From NCBI GenBank assembly GCA_009693235.1, contig SHXR01000014.1:3152-67151 (forward strand): a DNA stretch of 64,000 nucleotides, given 5' to 3'. Positions 39,426 through 50,282 of the stretch are shown here, piece after piece. The notes beneath the pieces were generated by a model. That model was not told where the DNA came from. It searched no databases and was given only the letters and a program-made list of their open reading frames with translations. The number at the start of each line of letters is the position of its first letter. Within the stretch, counting starts at the first letter, position 1. This stretch comes from Betaproteobacteria bacterium (lineage in GTDB: Bacteria > Pseudomonadota > Gammaproteobacteria > Burkholderiales > SG8-39). A program made the translations under genes and the position numbers.

Positions 39426-41351
39426 CTACTTGGGCGTCCAGATCCGGGAACCGCCACCGGCCAGATTCAGCATCAAGTCGTTCAGTCTGCGGACGAACCC
39501 AGCGGGATCTTCAAGCTGCCCGCCTTCCGCCAATAAAGCCTGATCAAACAATATATTAGACCAGTCATTGAAACTAGTTTCTTCATATTTTAGGCGCCGC
39601 ACCATCGGATGATTCGGGTTGATCTCCAGAATCGGTTTGGAGATCGGCACGTCCTGCCCAACCGCCTTCATGATCCGTTGCAGATTGCCGGACATGTCGA
39701 ACGCATCGGCGACCAGACAGGAGGCTGATTCGGTGAGTCGGGCGCTGACTTTCACCTCCTTCACCTTGTCGCCCAGGGCCTCCTTGATCTTCGTGACCAG
39801 CTCTTTGTAATCGGACTCAGCCGTCTCGTGGTCTTTTTTCCCGGCTTCATCCTCCAGCTTGCCTAGGTCGAGCCCGCCCTTGGCCACCGACTGCAGTTCC
39901 TTGCCGTCGAATTCATGGACGTGCGCCACCACCCATTCGTCCACCCGGTCATAGAACAGCACTACTTCGACGCCTTTTTTCCGGAACACTTCCAGATGCG
40001 GACTGTTCTTGGCGGCGAGATACGAATCCGCGGTCACATAATAAATCTTGTCCTGTCCCTCCTTCATGCGCGCCACATAGTTGGCGAGCGACACGTTCTG
40101 AACGTCGGAGGCGCCGTGCGTGGTGGCGAAACGGAGCAGCTTCACGATGCGATCGCGATTGCCGGCGTCCTCGCCGACACCTTCCTTCAACACCCGCCCG
40201 AACTCCTTCCAGAACGTTGTGAACTTCTCTTTTTGGTTCTCGGCGAGATCTTCCAGGAGGCCTAGCACCCGGCGCGTGTTGCCGTTGCGGATTGATTCGA
40301 CATCCCGGCTTTCCTGCAGGATCTCACGCGAAACATTGAGCGGCAGATCATTGGAATCGACCACGCCCTTGGTGAAGCGCAGATAGTGCGGGAGCAATTG
40401 CTCGGCGTCATCCATGATAAAGACGCGCCTTACATAGAGCTTCAAACCTCTTTTTTGTTGTCGATCCCAAAGATCGAAGGGTGCCCGTGCCGGCACGTAC
40501 AAGAGCTGCGTGTATTCCTGGCGGCCTTCCACCCTGGCATGGGCATAGGCGAGCGGCGCCTCGAAATCATGCGAGATGTGCTTGTAGAACTCGTGGTATT
40601 GCTCGTCGGTGATATCGCTCTTGGACCGTGCCCAGAGCGCACTCGCTTGATTGACCGCTTCCTCGAGGCCGGTGGCGACCATTGCCTTTTTCTCATCGTT
40701 CCAGTCGAGTTTCTGCATCACGATGGGAAACGAAATGTGATCGGAGTACTTGCGCACGATCCCCTTCAGGCGGGCATCAGCGAGAAACTCGGACTCAGCC
40801 TCCTTGAGATGGAGCGTGACGTCGGTACCGCGCGTTGCCTTCTCGGTCGGTTCGATGGTGAATTCACCGGAGCCATCCGATTCCCACCGTACCGCAGCGG
40901 ACGCATCGAGGCCGGCACGGCGCGTAACCATTGTCACCCGATCGGCCACGATGAACGACGAATAGAAGCCCACGCCGAATTGGCCGATCAGACGCGTGTC
41001 TTTCGCCTGGTCGCCGGTGAGCGCCGCGAGAAACTCCTTGGTGCCCGACTTGGCGATGGTGCCGATGTTGCGAATCACCTCGTCACGGGACATGCCGACG
41101 CCGTTATCGGAAATGGTGACGGTGCGTGCGTCTTTGTCGAAGCCGATGCGAATTTTCAGTTCCGCGTCGCCGGCGAGCAACGAGGGTTCTGCAATCGCCT
41201 CGAACCGTAGTTTGTCGGCGGCGTCCGATGCGTTCGATACGAGTTCCCGCAGAAAAATCTCCTTGTTGCTGTACAAAGAGTGAATCATCAGTTGCAGGAT
41301 TTGTTTGACCTCGGCCTGAAAGCCAAGCGTCTCTTTGGTTGCGGTGGTCAT
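39426..41351 (-). CDS. htpG: molecular chaperone HtpG (Hsp90)
   Basis: N-terminus [46 protein letters not shown] and GQFGVGFYS. 641 aa. Confidence 0.95.
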   Translation of the reverse strand: MTTATKETLGFQAEVKQILQLMIHSLYSNKEIFLRELVSNASDAADKLRFEAIAEPSLLAGDAELKIRIGFDKDARTVTISDNGVGMSRDEVIRNIGTIAKSGTKEFLAALTGDQAKDTRLIGQFGVGFYSSFIVADRVTMVTRRAGLDASAAVRWESDGSGEFTIEPTEKATRGTDVTLHLKEAESEFLADARLKGIVRKYSDHISFPIVMQKLDWNDEKKAMVATGLEEAVNQASALWARSKSDITDEQYHEFYKHISHDFEAPLAYAHARVEGRQEYTQLLYVPARAPFDLWDRQQKRGLKLYVRRVFIMDDAEQLLPHYLRFTKGVVDSNDLPLNVSREILQESRDVESIRNGNTRRVLGLLEDLAENQKEKFTTFWKEFGRVLKEGVGEDAGNRDRIVKLLRFATTHGASDVQNVSLANYVARMKEGQDKIYYVTADSYLAAKNSPHLEVFRKKGVEVVLFYDRVDEWVVAHVHEFDGKELQSVAKGGLDLGKLEDEAGKKDHETAESDYKELVTKIKEALGDKVKEVKVSARLTESASCLVADAFDMSGNLQRIMKAVGQDVPISKPILEINPNHPMVRRLKYEETSFNDWSNILFDQALLAEGGQLEDPAGFVRRLNDLMLNLAGGGSRIWTPK

Positions 41352-41406
41352 GCTCTGCCTCGGATGCGAATGTTCAATGAATGGGAGAGGAATACGCCCG
41401 CGCGAG

Positions 41407-41434
41407 AGATTGGGCCGAATTGCCGTAATTCAAG
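41407..41434 (-). promoter_or_regulatory. candidate sigma-32 (heat-shock) promoter of htpG
   Basis: The minus strand reads ggggCTTGAAttacggcaattcggCCCAATCT. The consensus is CTTGAA-N13-17-CCCCATnT. The -10 element lies about 56 nt upstream of the htpG ATG. Confidence 0.4.
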
Positions 41435-41792
41435 CCCCTGACAGTCTCTGCCACACTGGTCGCCTCGGTGCGTATTATCCTAAATATGATGGCGCGCGAC
41501 GACGGGGTCAGAATCGTTGGTGGAACTTGCGCGGCCCGGCGCGTTCATAGGTTTGGTATCACCGCGCCCCGCAATACGCCGATATCCGAGTCTAACCAAT
41601 GACGAGTTGGCGGCGGGCGTCGTCGCGATGCTGGTAGGCTGGCGCACTAGGCACGCCATCGTCACGAGGAGCACTGGCATGCTTGCACTGCACTCGACCC
41701 AGTCCAGTCGTTAAGTGAAAGAATATCGATAGCACCAGCAAGATAATTACCCCCAACCGGGTCTCCTCCTAATGTTTTCCCAGGACATCGGC

Positions 41793-44543
41793 ATGCGCTT
41801 TACGAAGTCTTTCTTCGCGATGGTCGTGGCATTGATCGCATCCTTTATGACTGTCGCCGAAGCCCAGCTCAAACTTCCCGCCGGTATGAGCGCCGGCCCC
41901 GCCGTGGAAGGCATCAGCGAATATCGGCTGGCCAATGGCCTCACCGTCCTCCTGATTACCGACGCCTCGCAGGACACGATCACGACCAACATCGTTTATC
42001 TGGTCGGCTCGCGTCATGAAGGCTACGGCGAAGCCGGGATGGCCCATTTACTGGAACACATGCTCTTCAAGGGCACGCCCTCGCATCCGAACATCAAAAG
42101 CGAATTCCTCACCCGCGGCGCCCGCTACAACGGCACGACCTCATTCGATCGCACCAACTACTTCCAGACTTTTCCGGCCCAAGGCGACAACCTCGCGTGG
42201 TCGCTTGAACTGGAAGCCGACCGCATGCTCAACGCCTACGTGTCGAAGAAGGATCTCGACAGCGAAATGACGGTGGTGCGCAATGAATTCGAAGCGGGTG
42301 AGAACAGCCCGTTTTCCGTGCTGCGGGAACGGATGAGCGCCGCGTCCTATCAGTGGCACAACTATGGCCGCTCGGTGATCGGCAGTCGCTCCGATATCGA
42401 GAATGTACCGATCGAGCGGCTGCAGGCCTTCTACCGGCACTACTATCAGCCAGACAACGCGGTGCTCGTCATCGCCGGTCGCATCGACGCCGCGGCAACC
42501 TTGCAGCTGGTCGCCAAGCACTTCGGCCCCATCCCGCGTCCCGCACGCAAACTACAAACGACCTACACCGCCGAACCAACCCAAGATGGCGAACGGCAGG
42601 TCATGCTGCGACGCGCCGGCAACGTGCAGATCGTCAGCACGATGTATCACGTGCCTCCCGGCACGCATGCCGACTACCCCGCTCTCGACATCCTTACCCT
42701 AATCGTCTCCAACGTTCCGGCCGGCCGTTTGCACAAGGCAATGATCGAGTCGGGCAAAGCGGCATCGATCTTCGGCTATGAACGCCAGCAGCGCGAAGCG
42801 GGGGCGGCGTTTTTCGGCGCGAGCGTTCGCCAGGATGCCTCGATCGACGCGGCCCGCGAAGCATTGCTCGCAACAGTGGAAGGATTTGCCGCCCAACCGG
42901 TTACCGATGCCGAAGTCGAGCGGGCCCGCACCGCCTTACTCGGTGAAATCGAAAAGGCGGCGCATAACAGCCGCTCTTTGGCGATCACCTTGTCCGAATT
43001 CGTGGCGCTGGGCGATTGGCGGTTCCTCTTCTGGTTCCGCGACCAGGTGGTCAAATTGAAACGGGAAGATGTGCAGCGCATCGCCCTCACCTACTTCAAG
43101 CGCGATAACCGCACGCTGGGACTTTTCGTGCCCACCGACAAACCCGATCGCGCTGAAATACCGGCCGCCCCGGACCTGGCAGCCCTCCTCAAAGACTATG
43201 CCGGACAAAGCGCCATCGCCCAAGGTGAGGTGTTCGATGCGACCCCAGAACATATCGAACGCCGGCTGCTCCGCCGCCAGTTGGCAAGCGGCATACGCCT
43301 TGCATTGCTACCGAAGAAAACGCGCGGCGAAACGGTGGTCGCGAGCCTTGCGCTGCGCTGGGGCGATGAGGCCTCGAAGACCGACCGCGGCATGGCCTGC
43401 AGTCTTGCCGGCGCCATGCTGCCGCGGGGCACGAGGAATCACTCGCGCACCGAACTTCGCGACCAACTGACCAAGCTCCGGGCGAACGTCAACGTCTCCC
43501 TGGAGGGCGGAACGATCGACACCACCCGTGCCAACTTACCTGCGGCCTTCAATTTGATGGTGGAGATGCTGCGTTACCCGACCTTCCCGAGCAACGAACT
43601 CGATCAGCTCCGGGAAGCATCACGCACCAATCTCGATGTGCAGCGCGCGGATCCCTCTTCGCTTGCGTCACTGCAGATATCTCGGCACCTGCATCCGTAC
43701 CCGCCCACGCATTGGCATTACACACCGTCGCTCGATGAGCGCGCCACACGATTGAGCAGCGTCTCGATCGATGAACTGAAGCGCTGCCACGGCGAGCTGG
43801 TTGGCGCATCGAACGCCGAGCTCACCATCGTGGGCGACTTCGATCCCGACGAAATGGCACGACTCGCCGAACAGCTGCTGGGCGACTGGAAGAGTCCGCG
43901 GCCCTATGCGCGCGTACCGTCCCGTTTCTTTGATGTCAGGGCGCTCAGCAATTCGATCCAAACCCCTGACAAAGCCAATGCGGTCTACCGTGCCGGCATG
44001 TCGTTGCAACTGCAAGATGACAATCCCGATTTCCCGGCCTTGGTGCTCGCCAACTATATGTTAGGCGGCTCGTCCGATGCACGCCTCACGCGGCGCATTC
44101 GCGAAAAAGAGGGGCTTTCATATAGCGTCGGCTCATGGCTCACCGCCGGGGCGGAGGATGCAGTGGGCGAATTTGGCGTCAGTGCGATCTATGCGCCGCA
44201 GAATCGCGAGCGCCTGGAGACCGCCGTCCGCGAAGAAATCGACGACGTGCTCAAGAAAGGTTTTGCCAAGGAAGAAATCGAGTTGGCCAAGAAGGGGCTT
44301 TTGCAGGCGAGGCGTGTGGCCCGCAATCAGGACTCGACGCTGGCCGCCCGCATCAATGGCTATCAGTCGATTGGGCGAACGTTCGCCTGGGACATCGCAC
44401 TGGAGAAAGCAATTGCCGCGCTCACGGCGGAAAAAATTCATGCTGCCTTCCGGCGGCATATCAACATGGGACGCTTGTCGGTCGTGCGTGCCGGCGATTT
44501 TGCGCGGGTGACGGCCGGCAGCAATCCTAGCAGCGCAAACTAA
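41793..44543 (+). CDS. M16 family (pitrilysin/insulinase-like) zinc peptidase, two-unit PqqL-like architecture
   Basis: Signal peptide MRFTKSFFAMVVALIASFMTVAEA and inverted zinc motif HLLEHMLFKG (HxxEH). At about 915 aa it corresponds to two M16 active/inactive pairs. The start could also be 41772. Confidence 0.85.
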   Translation: MRFTKSFFAMVVALIASFMTVAEAQLKLPAGMSAGPAVEGISEYRLANGLTVLLITDASQDTITTNIVYLVGSRHEGYGEAGMAHLLEHMLFKGTPSHPNIKSEFLTRGARYNGTTSFDRTNYFQTFPAQGDNLAWSLELEADRMLNAYVSKKDLDSEMTVVRNEFEAGENSPFSVLRERMSAASYQWHNYGRSVIGSRSDIENVPIERLQAFYRHYYQPDNAVLVIAGRIDAAATLQLVAKHFGPIPRPARKLQTTYTAEPTQDGERQVMLRRAGNVQIVSTMYHVPPGTHADYPALDILTLIVSNVPAGRLHKAMIESGKAASIFGYERQQREAGAAFFGASVRQDASIDAAREALLATVEGFAAQPVTDAEVERARTALLGEIEKAAHNSRSLAITLSEFVALGDWRFLFWFRDQVVKLKREDVQRIALTYFKRDNRTLGLFVPTDKPDRAEIPAAPDLAALLKDYAGQSAIAQGEVFDATPEHIERRLLRRQLASGIRLALLPKKTRGETVVASLALRWGDEASKTDRGMACSLAGAMLPRGTRNHSRTELRDQLTKLRANVNVSLEGGTIDTTRANLPAAFNLMVEMLRYPTFPSNELDQLREASRTNLDVQRADPSSLASLQISRHLHPYPPTHWHYTPSLDERATRLSSVSIDELKRCHGELVGASNAELTIVGDFDPDEMARLAEQLLGDWKSPRPYARVPSRFFDVRALSNSIQTPDKANAVYRAGMSLQLQDDNPDFPALVLANYMLGGSSDARLTRRIREKEGLSYSVGSWLTAGAEDAVGEFGVSAIYAPQNRERLETAVREEIDDVLKKGFAKEEIELAKKGLLQARRVARNQDSTLAARINGYQSIGRTFAWDIALEKAIAALTAEKIHAAFRRHINMGRLSVVRAGDFARVTAGSNPSSAN

Positions 44544-44635
44544 GGAAACGCTGATTAAGCTATCCCGCGTAATCAGCGTGCTCAAATATTCAGGGAGTTA
44601 CGAGGGTGCGAGCCCCCTTGTTCAGTGATTCCCTA
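44541..44635 (+). mobile_element. 95-bp MITE-like element, copy 1 (TA ... TA)
   Basis: TAaggaaacgctgattaagctatcccgcgtaatcagcg...cccccttgttcagtgattcccTA. Imperfect terminal inverted repeats and two internal hairpins. The first 3 nt form the TAA stop of the M16 peptidase. Confidence 0.8.
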
Positions 44636-44652
44636 ATCGACCGCTCCCAACG

Positions 44653-45219
44653 CTACTCGATCGGCAGGTAGCGTACCGCACGCACTTCGAGATGCTCGAT
44701 CCCACCAGGGGTCCGCAAGGCGATCACATCGCCTTCGCGCGCTTTGATCAACGCTTTGGCAATCGGTGAGATCCATGAGACGCGCCCGCGGGTGGTGTCG
44801 GTCTCATCGATGCCCACTATGCTGATCGTTTTCTCCTCACCTGTACCGGCCGCATAGGTGACGGTCGCGCCGAAAAACACCTGATCCTGGTCGGCCGGTT
44901 GGTCACGCGGATCGGCGACCTCCGCAATATCGAGACGCTTCATGAGATAGCGAATACGCCGATCTATTTCGCGTAATCGGCGCTTGCCATAGATGTAATC
45001 GCCATTCTCGGAGCGATCGCCGTTTGAAGCGGCCCACGAAACGGTCTGCGTCACGGTGGGACGCTCCACCTCGACCAATTGCTTCAGCTCGCTTTTCATG
45101 CGTTGATAGCCGCCAGGCGTCATGTAATTCTTGGTAACGGTGGCGGGGATGGTCAATTCCGGCGGCAACAGGTCCTCATCGTCATCGCCATCCGATTCTT
45201 TGGTAAAGGCCTTGCTCAT
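44653..45219 (-). CDS. greB: transcription elongation factor GreB
   Basis: Acidic N-terminal extension, then the Gre coiled-coil (NYMTPGGYQRMKSELKQL) and C-terminal SWISPIAKALIKAREGDVI. Confidence 0.85.
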   Translation of the reverse strand: MSKAFTKESDGDDDEDLLPPELTIPATVTKNYMTPGGYQRMKSELKQLVEVERPTVTQTVSWAASNGDRSENGDYIYGKRRLREIDRRIRYLMKRLDIAEVADPRDQPADQDQVFFGATVTYAAGTGEEKTISIVGIDETDTTRGRVSWISPIAKALIKAREGDVIALRTPGGIEHLEVRAVRYLPIE

Positions 45220-45229
45220 CCGATTGTGC

Positions 45230-46546
45230 TCATCCGATTGTTCCTGGTTGCTGGGTCAGCGCGCGTGAAGAGCCGACTCTATGCCAGAACCATGCGAGGG
45301 CGGCAAGTTGCAATGCGGCAATCGCGGCAAAGGCCATTGCATAGCCCGCCTCCGCGTAGCCACCCCCCGCAGGACGGGTATCGAGCACCGCGCCGATTGC
45401 AAATTGATAGGCGAACGCGGCGACGAAGACGCACATGTTTGCCGAGGTGGCGGTGCGGCCGGTCAGCAATTTCGCAAAGCGCCGCGACAGCAACGCATAG
45501 GTAATCGGCGAGACACCCACCGACAGGTGCAGCACGATCCACGCGGCAATGGCCACCGCATGCCAGCCGGACGCAAGCACCAACAGCGAGATCGCTTCGG
45601 CAATCACCCCAATCACCAATAAACGCTCCGGCCCGATGCCAAACCGCGTCAGTCGATCGGTCAGCTGGCCAAAGAGGAGAAATCCTGCCACCAGCGAGCC
45701 ATTCATCGCCAGCAAGTAGAGAGATGCCTCGCCACGTGGGATCCCCAGCACATCGCGCAACCATGGCGCCACCCAGAGCGTTTGCAGGCTGATTCCCGCC
45801 CCTTGCGCGCAAATAGCCATCAAGGCGATCGCCCAAAAGTAGCTATCGGTGAGCACATAGCGCAATCCATCGATCAGCTTGCCGAATGACTCGGGTGCTT
45901 CAATCGCCTTGCGTTCCGGTACGACCACGATCAGCACGAAACCCACCAACAACGTCACCCCGGTCAGTCCGGCAAACATGTGCCGCCAGCCGATGGTCCC
46001 GGCCAGCCACTCGACCGGTGCGGTGCCCGCCATCGCACCCAGCCCACCGATCGCGAGCAGCCAACCGGTGAGGACCGGCTGCTGCGACAGCGGAAACCAC
46101 ACGATGAACGCCTTGATGCTCGCCATCAAGGCCGCTGAGCAGCCAAGACCGATTAGACCGCGGGCAATCGTGAGTTCCATGGCCGTCGTACCAATGGAAA
46201 AAAGATAGGCACCCAATGCCGCCACTGCGATCAATGCCGCGTTCACACGGCGCGGGCCGAAGCGATCAAGCACCAGTCCAAGCGGCAATTGCGCGAGCGC
46301 GAACGTCACAAAGTAGGCCGCCGTCAACAAACCCAATGTAATCGCAGGCAGACTGAGTTCCTCTACCAGGTCGCGAAAGATCACCGCATTGACGACACGA
46401 TAGAGGTACGACAAAAAGTACCCGAGACAAAACGGCAGGAAGACGCGGAGGATCAAGCGGAGGTCGCGGTAAATGATCGACGGTGGGAAGCAGCCAAGCG
46501 ACGATAGCACAGGCCATTTATTCCCCGACCACGCGCCAAGCGGCAC
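45230..46546 (-). CDS. MFS transporter
   Basis: Hydrophobic 12-TM-like protein with MFS loop motif LDRFGPRR. The start is uncertain. Confidence 0.75.
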   Translation of the reverse strand: MPLGAWSGNKWPVLSSLGCFPPSIIYRDLRLILRVFLPFCLGYFLSYLYRVVNAVIFRDLVEELSLPAITLGLLTAAYFVTFALAQLPLGLVLDRFGPRRVNAALIAVAALGAYLFSIGTTAMELTIARGLIGLGCSAALMASIKAFIVWFPLSQQPVLTGWLLAIGGLGAMAGTAPVEWLAGTIGWRHMFAGLTGVTLLVGFVLIVVVPERKAIEAPESFGKLIDGLRYVLTDSYFWAIALMAICAQGAGISLQTLWVAPWLRDVLGIPRGEASLYLLAMNGSLVAGFLLFGQLTDRLTRFGIGPERLLVIGVIAEAISLLVLASGWHAVAIAAWIVLHLSVGVSPITYALLSRRFAKLLTGRTATSANMCVFVAAFAYQFAIGAVLDTRPAGGGYAEAGYAMAFAAIAALQLAALAWFWHRVGSSRALTQQPGTIG

Positions 46547-46698
46547 GGCGTCCGCGCGGCGTAGGGCGCATCGCCCGGTTGTATCTGTTTGTATCGGCGT
46601 GGAACTTCATCCTGCAATCTCGCATCGAACGCACGGTCTCAACCAATCGCTGCACCGTTTCTCGATCCACCGTTGTTCGATCAATAAGGAGATTCACC

Positions 46699-48095
46699 AT
46701 GCCGTTGTCCCGTGCCCTATCCATCGCCATCGCCTCTGCACTGGCTGCGGGCGTGGTACCCGCCAGTGCCATGGCAAACACCGCCACCGCCGCCCAAGTT
46801 AGCGCGCGCCAATTGCCGGACTTCAGTGCACTCGTCGAGAAGCAAGCGGCGGCGGTCGTCAATATCAGTACCTCGCGCGGCATAGCGCGCATGCAATCCC
46901 CCAGAGCCCGCAGAACGATCCGCTCCCCGACTTATTCCGACGCTTCCCACCCTTTAATGGGCAGCCACAAACAGGCGTTGGCTCGGGCTTCATCATCTCG
47001 TCAGACGGCTTTCTGCTCACCAACGCGCACGTCGTCGCAGACACCGATGAAGTCATCGTTCGACTCATTGACAAGCGTGAATACAAGGCCCGCGTGGTGG
47101 GGTCCGACAAGCGTACGGATGTCGCGGTGCTCAAGATCGACGCAGAGGGGCTGCCCGCCGTGAAGGTCGGCAACACCGAGCGCTTGCGGGTTGGCGAATG
47201 GGTCGCCGCGATCGGTTCCCCGTTCGGCTTCGAAAGCACGGTCACCGCGGGCATCGTGAGCGCCAAGTCGCGCGCCCTACCGGATGACTCCTACGTTCCG
47301 TTCATTCAAACGGATGTAGCGATCAATCCGGGTAATTCCGGCGGGCCGCTGTTCAATTTGGACGGCGAAGTGGTCGGTATCAATTCGCAGATCTATTCGC
47401 GCTCCGGCGGCTATCAGGGGCTTTCTTTTGCCATCCCGATCGAAGTGGCGATGCAGGTCAAAGACGATCTCGTCAAACACGGGTGCGTGCAACGCGGTCG
47501 CATCGGCGTTTCGATCCAGGCCATCTCAAAGGATCTCGCCGAGTCCTTCGGGCCGGAAAGGCCGATGGGTGCACTGGTCAATGCCGTCGACGCCGGTGGT
47601 CCAGCAGCCCAAGCAGGCATCAAAGCGGGCGACATCATCATAAGTGTCGGAGGCAAGAAAATCGAACAAAGTATTGATCTGCCCCGTCTCATCGGCGAGG
47701 CGAAACCCGGTCAGACCCTCCGCCTTGTCGTCTTTCGGAAAAGAGAGACCCGCGATGTCGCCGTAGCCATCGGTGAAATGCCGGCCGACCGCATCGCCCA
47801 AACGCCAACCCGTGCGACCCCAGCGGAAAAGCCGAGTCGCTTAGGCGTCGCGGTGCGGCCATTGACACCGGAAGAACGCAAACGGATCGATGCAGATGGC
47901 GTCGTCGTCGAGCAGGTGGATGGCCCAGCCGCACGTGCAGGCGTGCAACCGGGCGATGTCATCCTCGCCTTGAATGATCAAGCGGTCGGATCGGTCGAGC
48001 AGCTGAAGAAAATCGTCGAACAATCGAAAGAACGCGCGGCACTGTTGGTACAGCGCAATGGTTCGCGCATCTATGTGCCGGTGCAATTGACCTAG
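46699..48095 (+). pseudogene. DegP/HtrA/MucD-type periplasmic serine protease, interrupted by a 1-nt frameshift
   Basis: An RBS (aaggaga) and ATG at 46699 give a signal peptide plus LPDFSALVEKQAAAVVNIST in one frame. The rest (PQSPQNDPLPDLFRRF...GSGFIISSDGFLLTNAHVV, GNSGGPL, two PDZ domains) is in the -1 frame (the frame of ORF 47094..48095). The junction lies at a C5 run, 46897-46901, and one extra C would restore a single ORF. Confidence 0.7.
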
Positions 48096-48187
48096 GGAAA
48101 CGCTGATTAAGCTATCCCGCGTAATCAGCGTGCTCAAATATTCAGGGAGTTACAAGGGGGCGAGCCCCCTTGTTCAGTGATTCCCTA
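48093..48187 (+). mobile_element. 95-bp MITE-like element, copy 2
   Basis: TAgggaaacgctgatta...cagtgattcccTA. Its first 3 nt form the TAG stop of the DegP-type gene. It differs from copy 1 at 3 positions by manual alignment. Confidence 0.8.
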
Positions 48188-48221
48188 GGCCGCCCGTTCA
48201 CGCCGATGCCGTCTTGCTCAC

Positions 48222-49241
48222 CTATTGCAGCTTGACCGCGCCGCTATCCAGCATCTTCCGGTGCGCGTCCAATTCCGAGCGCAGCGAGGCGGCAAATTGC
48301 TCGGGCGTCGCACCGACCACCGGGAAACCGAGATTCCCGACCGCTTCCCGGATCTTGGGGGTCCGCAGCGCTTGCTCCAGGGCAACCTGCAACGCCGCGG
48401 CTGCCTCTTGAGGAATACCTGCGGCGGCCATGAATCCCACCCATTGCTTGTACCCCTCATAAGCTTTGAGTTCGGGGCGACCCGTTTCCGCGTAGATCGG
48501 CACATCGGGAAATTCTTTCGCACGTTGAGCGCCGCTGATCGCGAGCGCACGCAACTTGCCGGCCTGCACATGTCCTTTGGCGGTACCGACATCGGGCATA
48601 AGAAGACTGATCTCCCCACCCAGCAGGCCCTGCAGCGCCGGTGCGCTCGACTTGTAAGGGACATGCAGAGCAGTCAGACTGAGCAGACTCAGCAATGATT
48701 CCGTGCCGAAATGAAGACTGGTGCCGCTGCCACCGCTGCCATAAGCAAGCCGCCCCGGATTGGCCCTGGCATAGGCCACCAGGTCACCCAGCGAATGCAC
48801 CGGTAAGGACGGATTGATAACCAGTATCGAGGGCACTTCGACTGCGTAGCTAAGCAAAGTGAAATCGCGGAGTGGGTCGTAGCCGATCGCCGCATCGATA
48901 AGCGGATTGATGGTCAGTGACGCCCCCGAGGCAGTCGAAAACGTGTACCCATCTTTCGGTGCTCGTAACAACGCCTGAATACCGATCTTCTGCGCGGCAC
49001 CGGGTCGGTTGTCGACGACGATTCGCTGCTTGAGGATCGCCGAAAGTTCGGGTACAACCACGCGCGCAATGACATCCACTGGCCCACCCGGCGCCGTTGG
49101 CACGATCAGGGTGATCGGCTTGTGTGGGTACCCTTGGCCCAAAGCGCCCGTCGACAGCACACCCGCCGCCGCGACGACCATCGCGACGCAACGATTGGGG
49201 AGACGCCTTGCGTGAGGACTCGGTCGAGCTGGATTCATCAT
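48222..49241 (-). CDS. Bug/TctC-family tripartite tricarboxylate transporter substrate-binding protein
   Basis: Signal peptide then YPHKPITLIVPTAPGGPVD, ENRPGA-like region, and HVPYKSSAPALQGLLGGEI. Confidence 0.85.
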   Translation of the reverse strand: MMNPARPSPHARRLPNRCVAMVVAAAGVLSTGALGQGYPHKPITLIVPTAPGGPVDVIARVVVPELSAILKQRIVVDNRPGAAQKIGIQALLRAPKDGYTFSTASGASLTINPLIDAAIGYDPLRDFTLLSYAVEVPSILVINPSLPVHSLGDLVAYARANPGRLAYGSGGSGTSLHFGTESLLSLLSLTALHVPYKSSAPALQGLLGGEISLLMPDVGTAKGHVQAGKLRALAISGAQRAKEFPDVPIYAETGRPELKAYEGYKQWVGFMAAAGIPQEAAAALQVALEQALRTPKIREAVGNLGFPVVGATPEQFAASLRSELDAHRKMLDSGAVKLQ

Positions 49242-49338
49242 CGAACCGGATCTTATCGTAATAGCGTTCGCGCACGCTGCCCGGGATTTGCCATACTAGG
49301 ATTCCGGAACATCAATGCGCCGCCCCTAGCCAAAAGGA

Positions 49339-50259
49339 GTGAATATGCCGCGTACAGTCACCATCGTCAGTGCCGCCGATATCATTGATGAAGAACAAAA
49401 CATCGGACGCGAAGGACAGATCATCACCAAGACCTTTCCACTCGACACCGGTGTGCCGGGCGTCGACATGGATTACGCTTGGATCAGCTATTCCAAGGGC
49501 TATGGCACGCCGCGTCACCGGCATACCTTTGATCAGTTTCGCTACACCTTGTCAGGCGTGCGCCAGCAGGACGATCTCGAAATACGCGAGGGCTAGTGCG
49601 GCTATTTCGGCGAGGGTGTCTCCTACGGGCCGCAGCTACAAAACGAGCCTTGCGTCGGCTTGATCTTGCAGTTTCAAGGACCAAGCGGGATTCCCTATAT
49701 GACGCATGCGGCCTTGGATGCGGCGCGCAAGCGCCTGTCCACCGAAGGCACCTTCGCAAAAGGCATCTACACGAAGTTCCTGTCAGACGGCACCAAGGTG
49801 AACGTCGATTCGCATGCCGCGTGTTTCGAGGCGATCACCGGGACCAAGATTCAATATCCTAAGGCTCGCTACGTCCGGCCGGTCATTATGAAGCCGCAGT
49901 TCTACCAGTGGGTGGCCGACCGCCATCATGCGGGGATGGAACACAAGCATATGGGCACTTTCAGCGAATACCGGTCGAGCGTACGGCTCACTCGATTGCT
50001 GCCCGGTGCGCGCATCCCCGCGCATGTCCGCGAAGACGCCGAGGTCTGCTATCTCGTCGAAGGTTCGATCCAGTATGGCGGGAAGACCTGGCAAGGCGGC
50101 AAGACCCGCGACACCGGCACCTACCTCTTCATCCCTCACGGGGCAAAGGTCGAAGAGATGTCGTCGGCAACCGGTGGGCTCTTCTTCGTAATTAGCTTAC
50201 CGATGCTCGCCGATATTGAGGCTGCGCGACGCAAGGGGCAGGTCGCGCAGCCGGCCTAG
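49339..50259 (+). pseudogene. bicupin protein interrupted by an in-frame TAG
   Basis: ORFs 49339..49596 and 49660..50259 share one frame and are separated only by TAG at 49594-49596. The stop falls between cupin motif 1 (GTPRHRHTFDQFRYTLSG) and motif 2 (GYFGEGVSYGP). A second cupin follows (IPAHVREDAEVCYLVEG). Confidence 0.6.
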
Positions 50260-50282
50260 CGTTCGCGAACGCACCGGATAGC

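Noticed and set aside
41435-41771. Possible small RNA or small gene in the 440-bp htpG / M16 peptidase intergenic region (ORFs 41480..41680 and 41517..41714).
   Set aside because: I found no conserved structure, terminator or coding signature. Only the sigma-32-like promoter is supportable.
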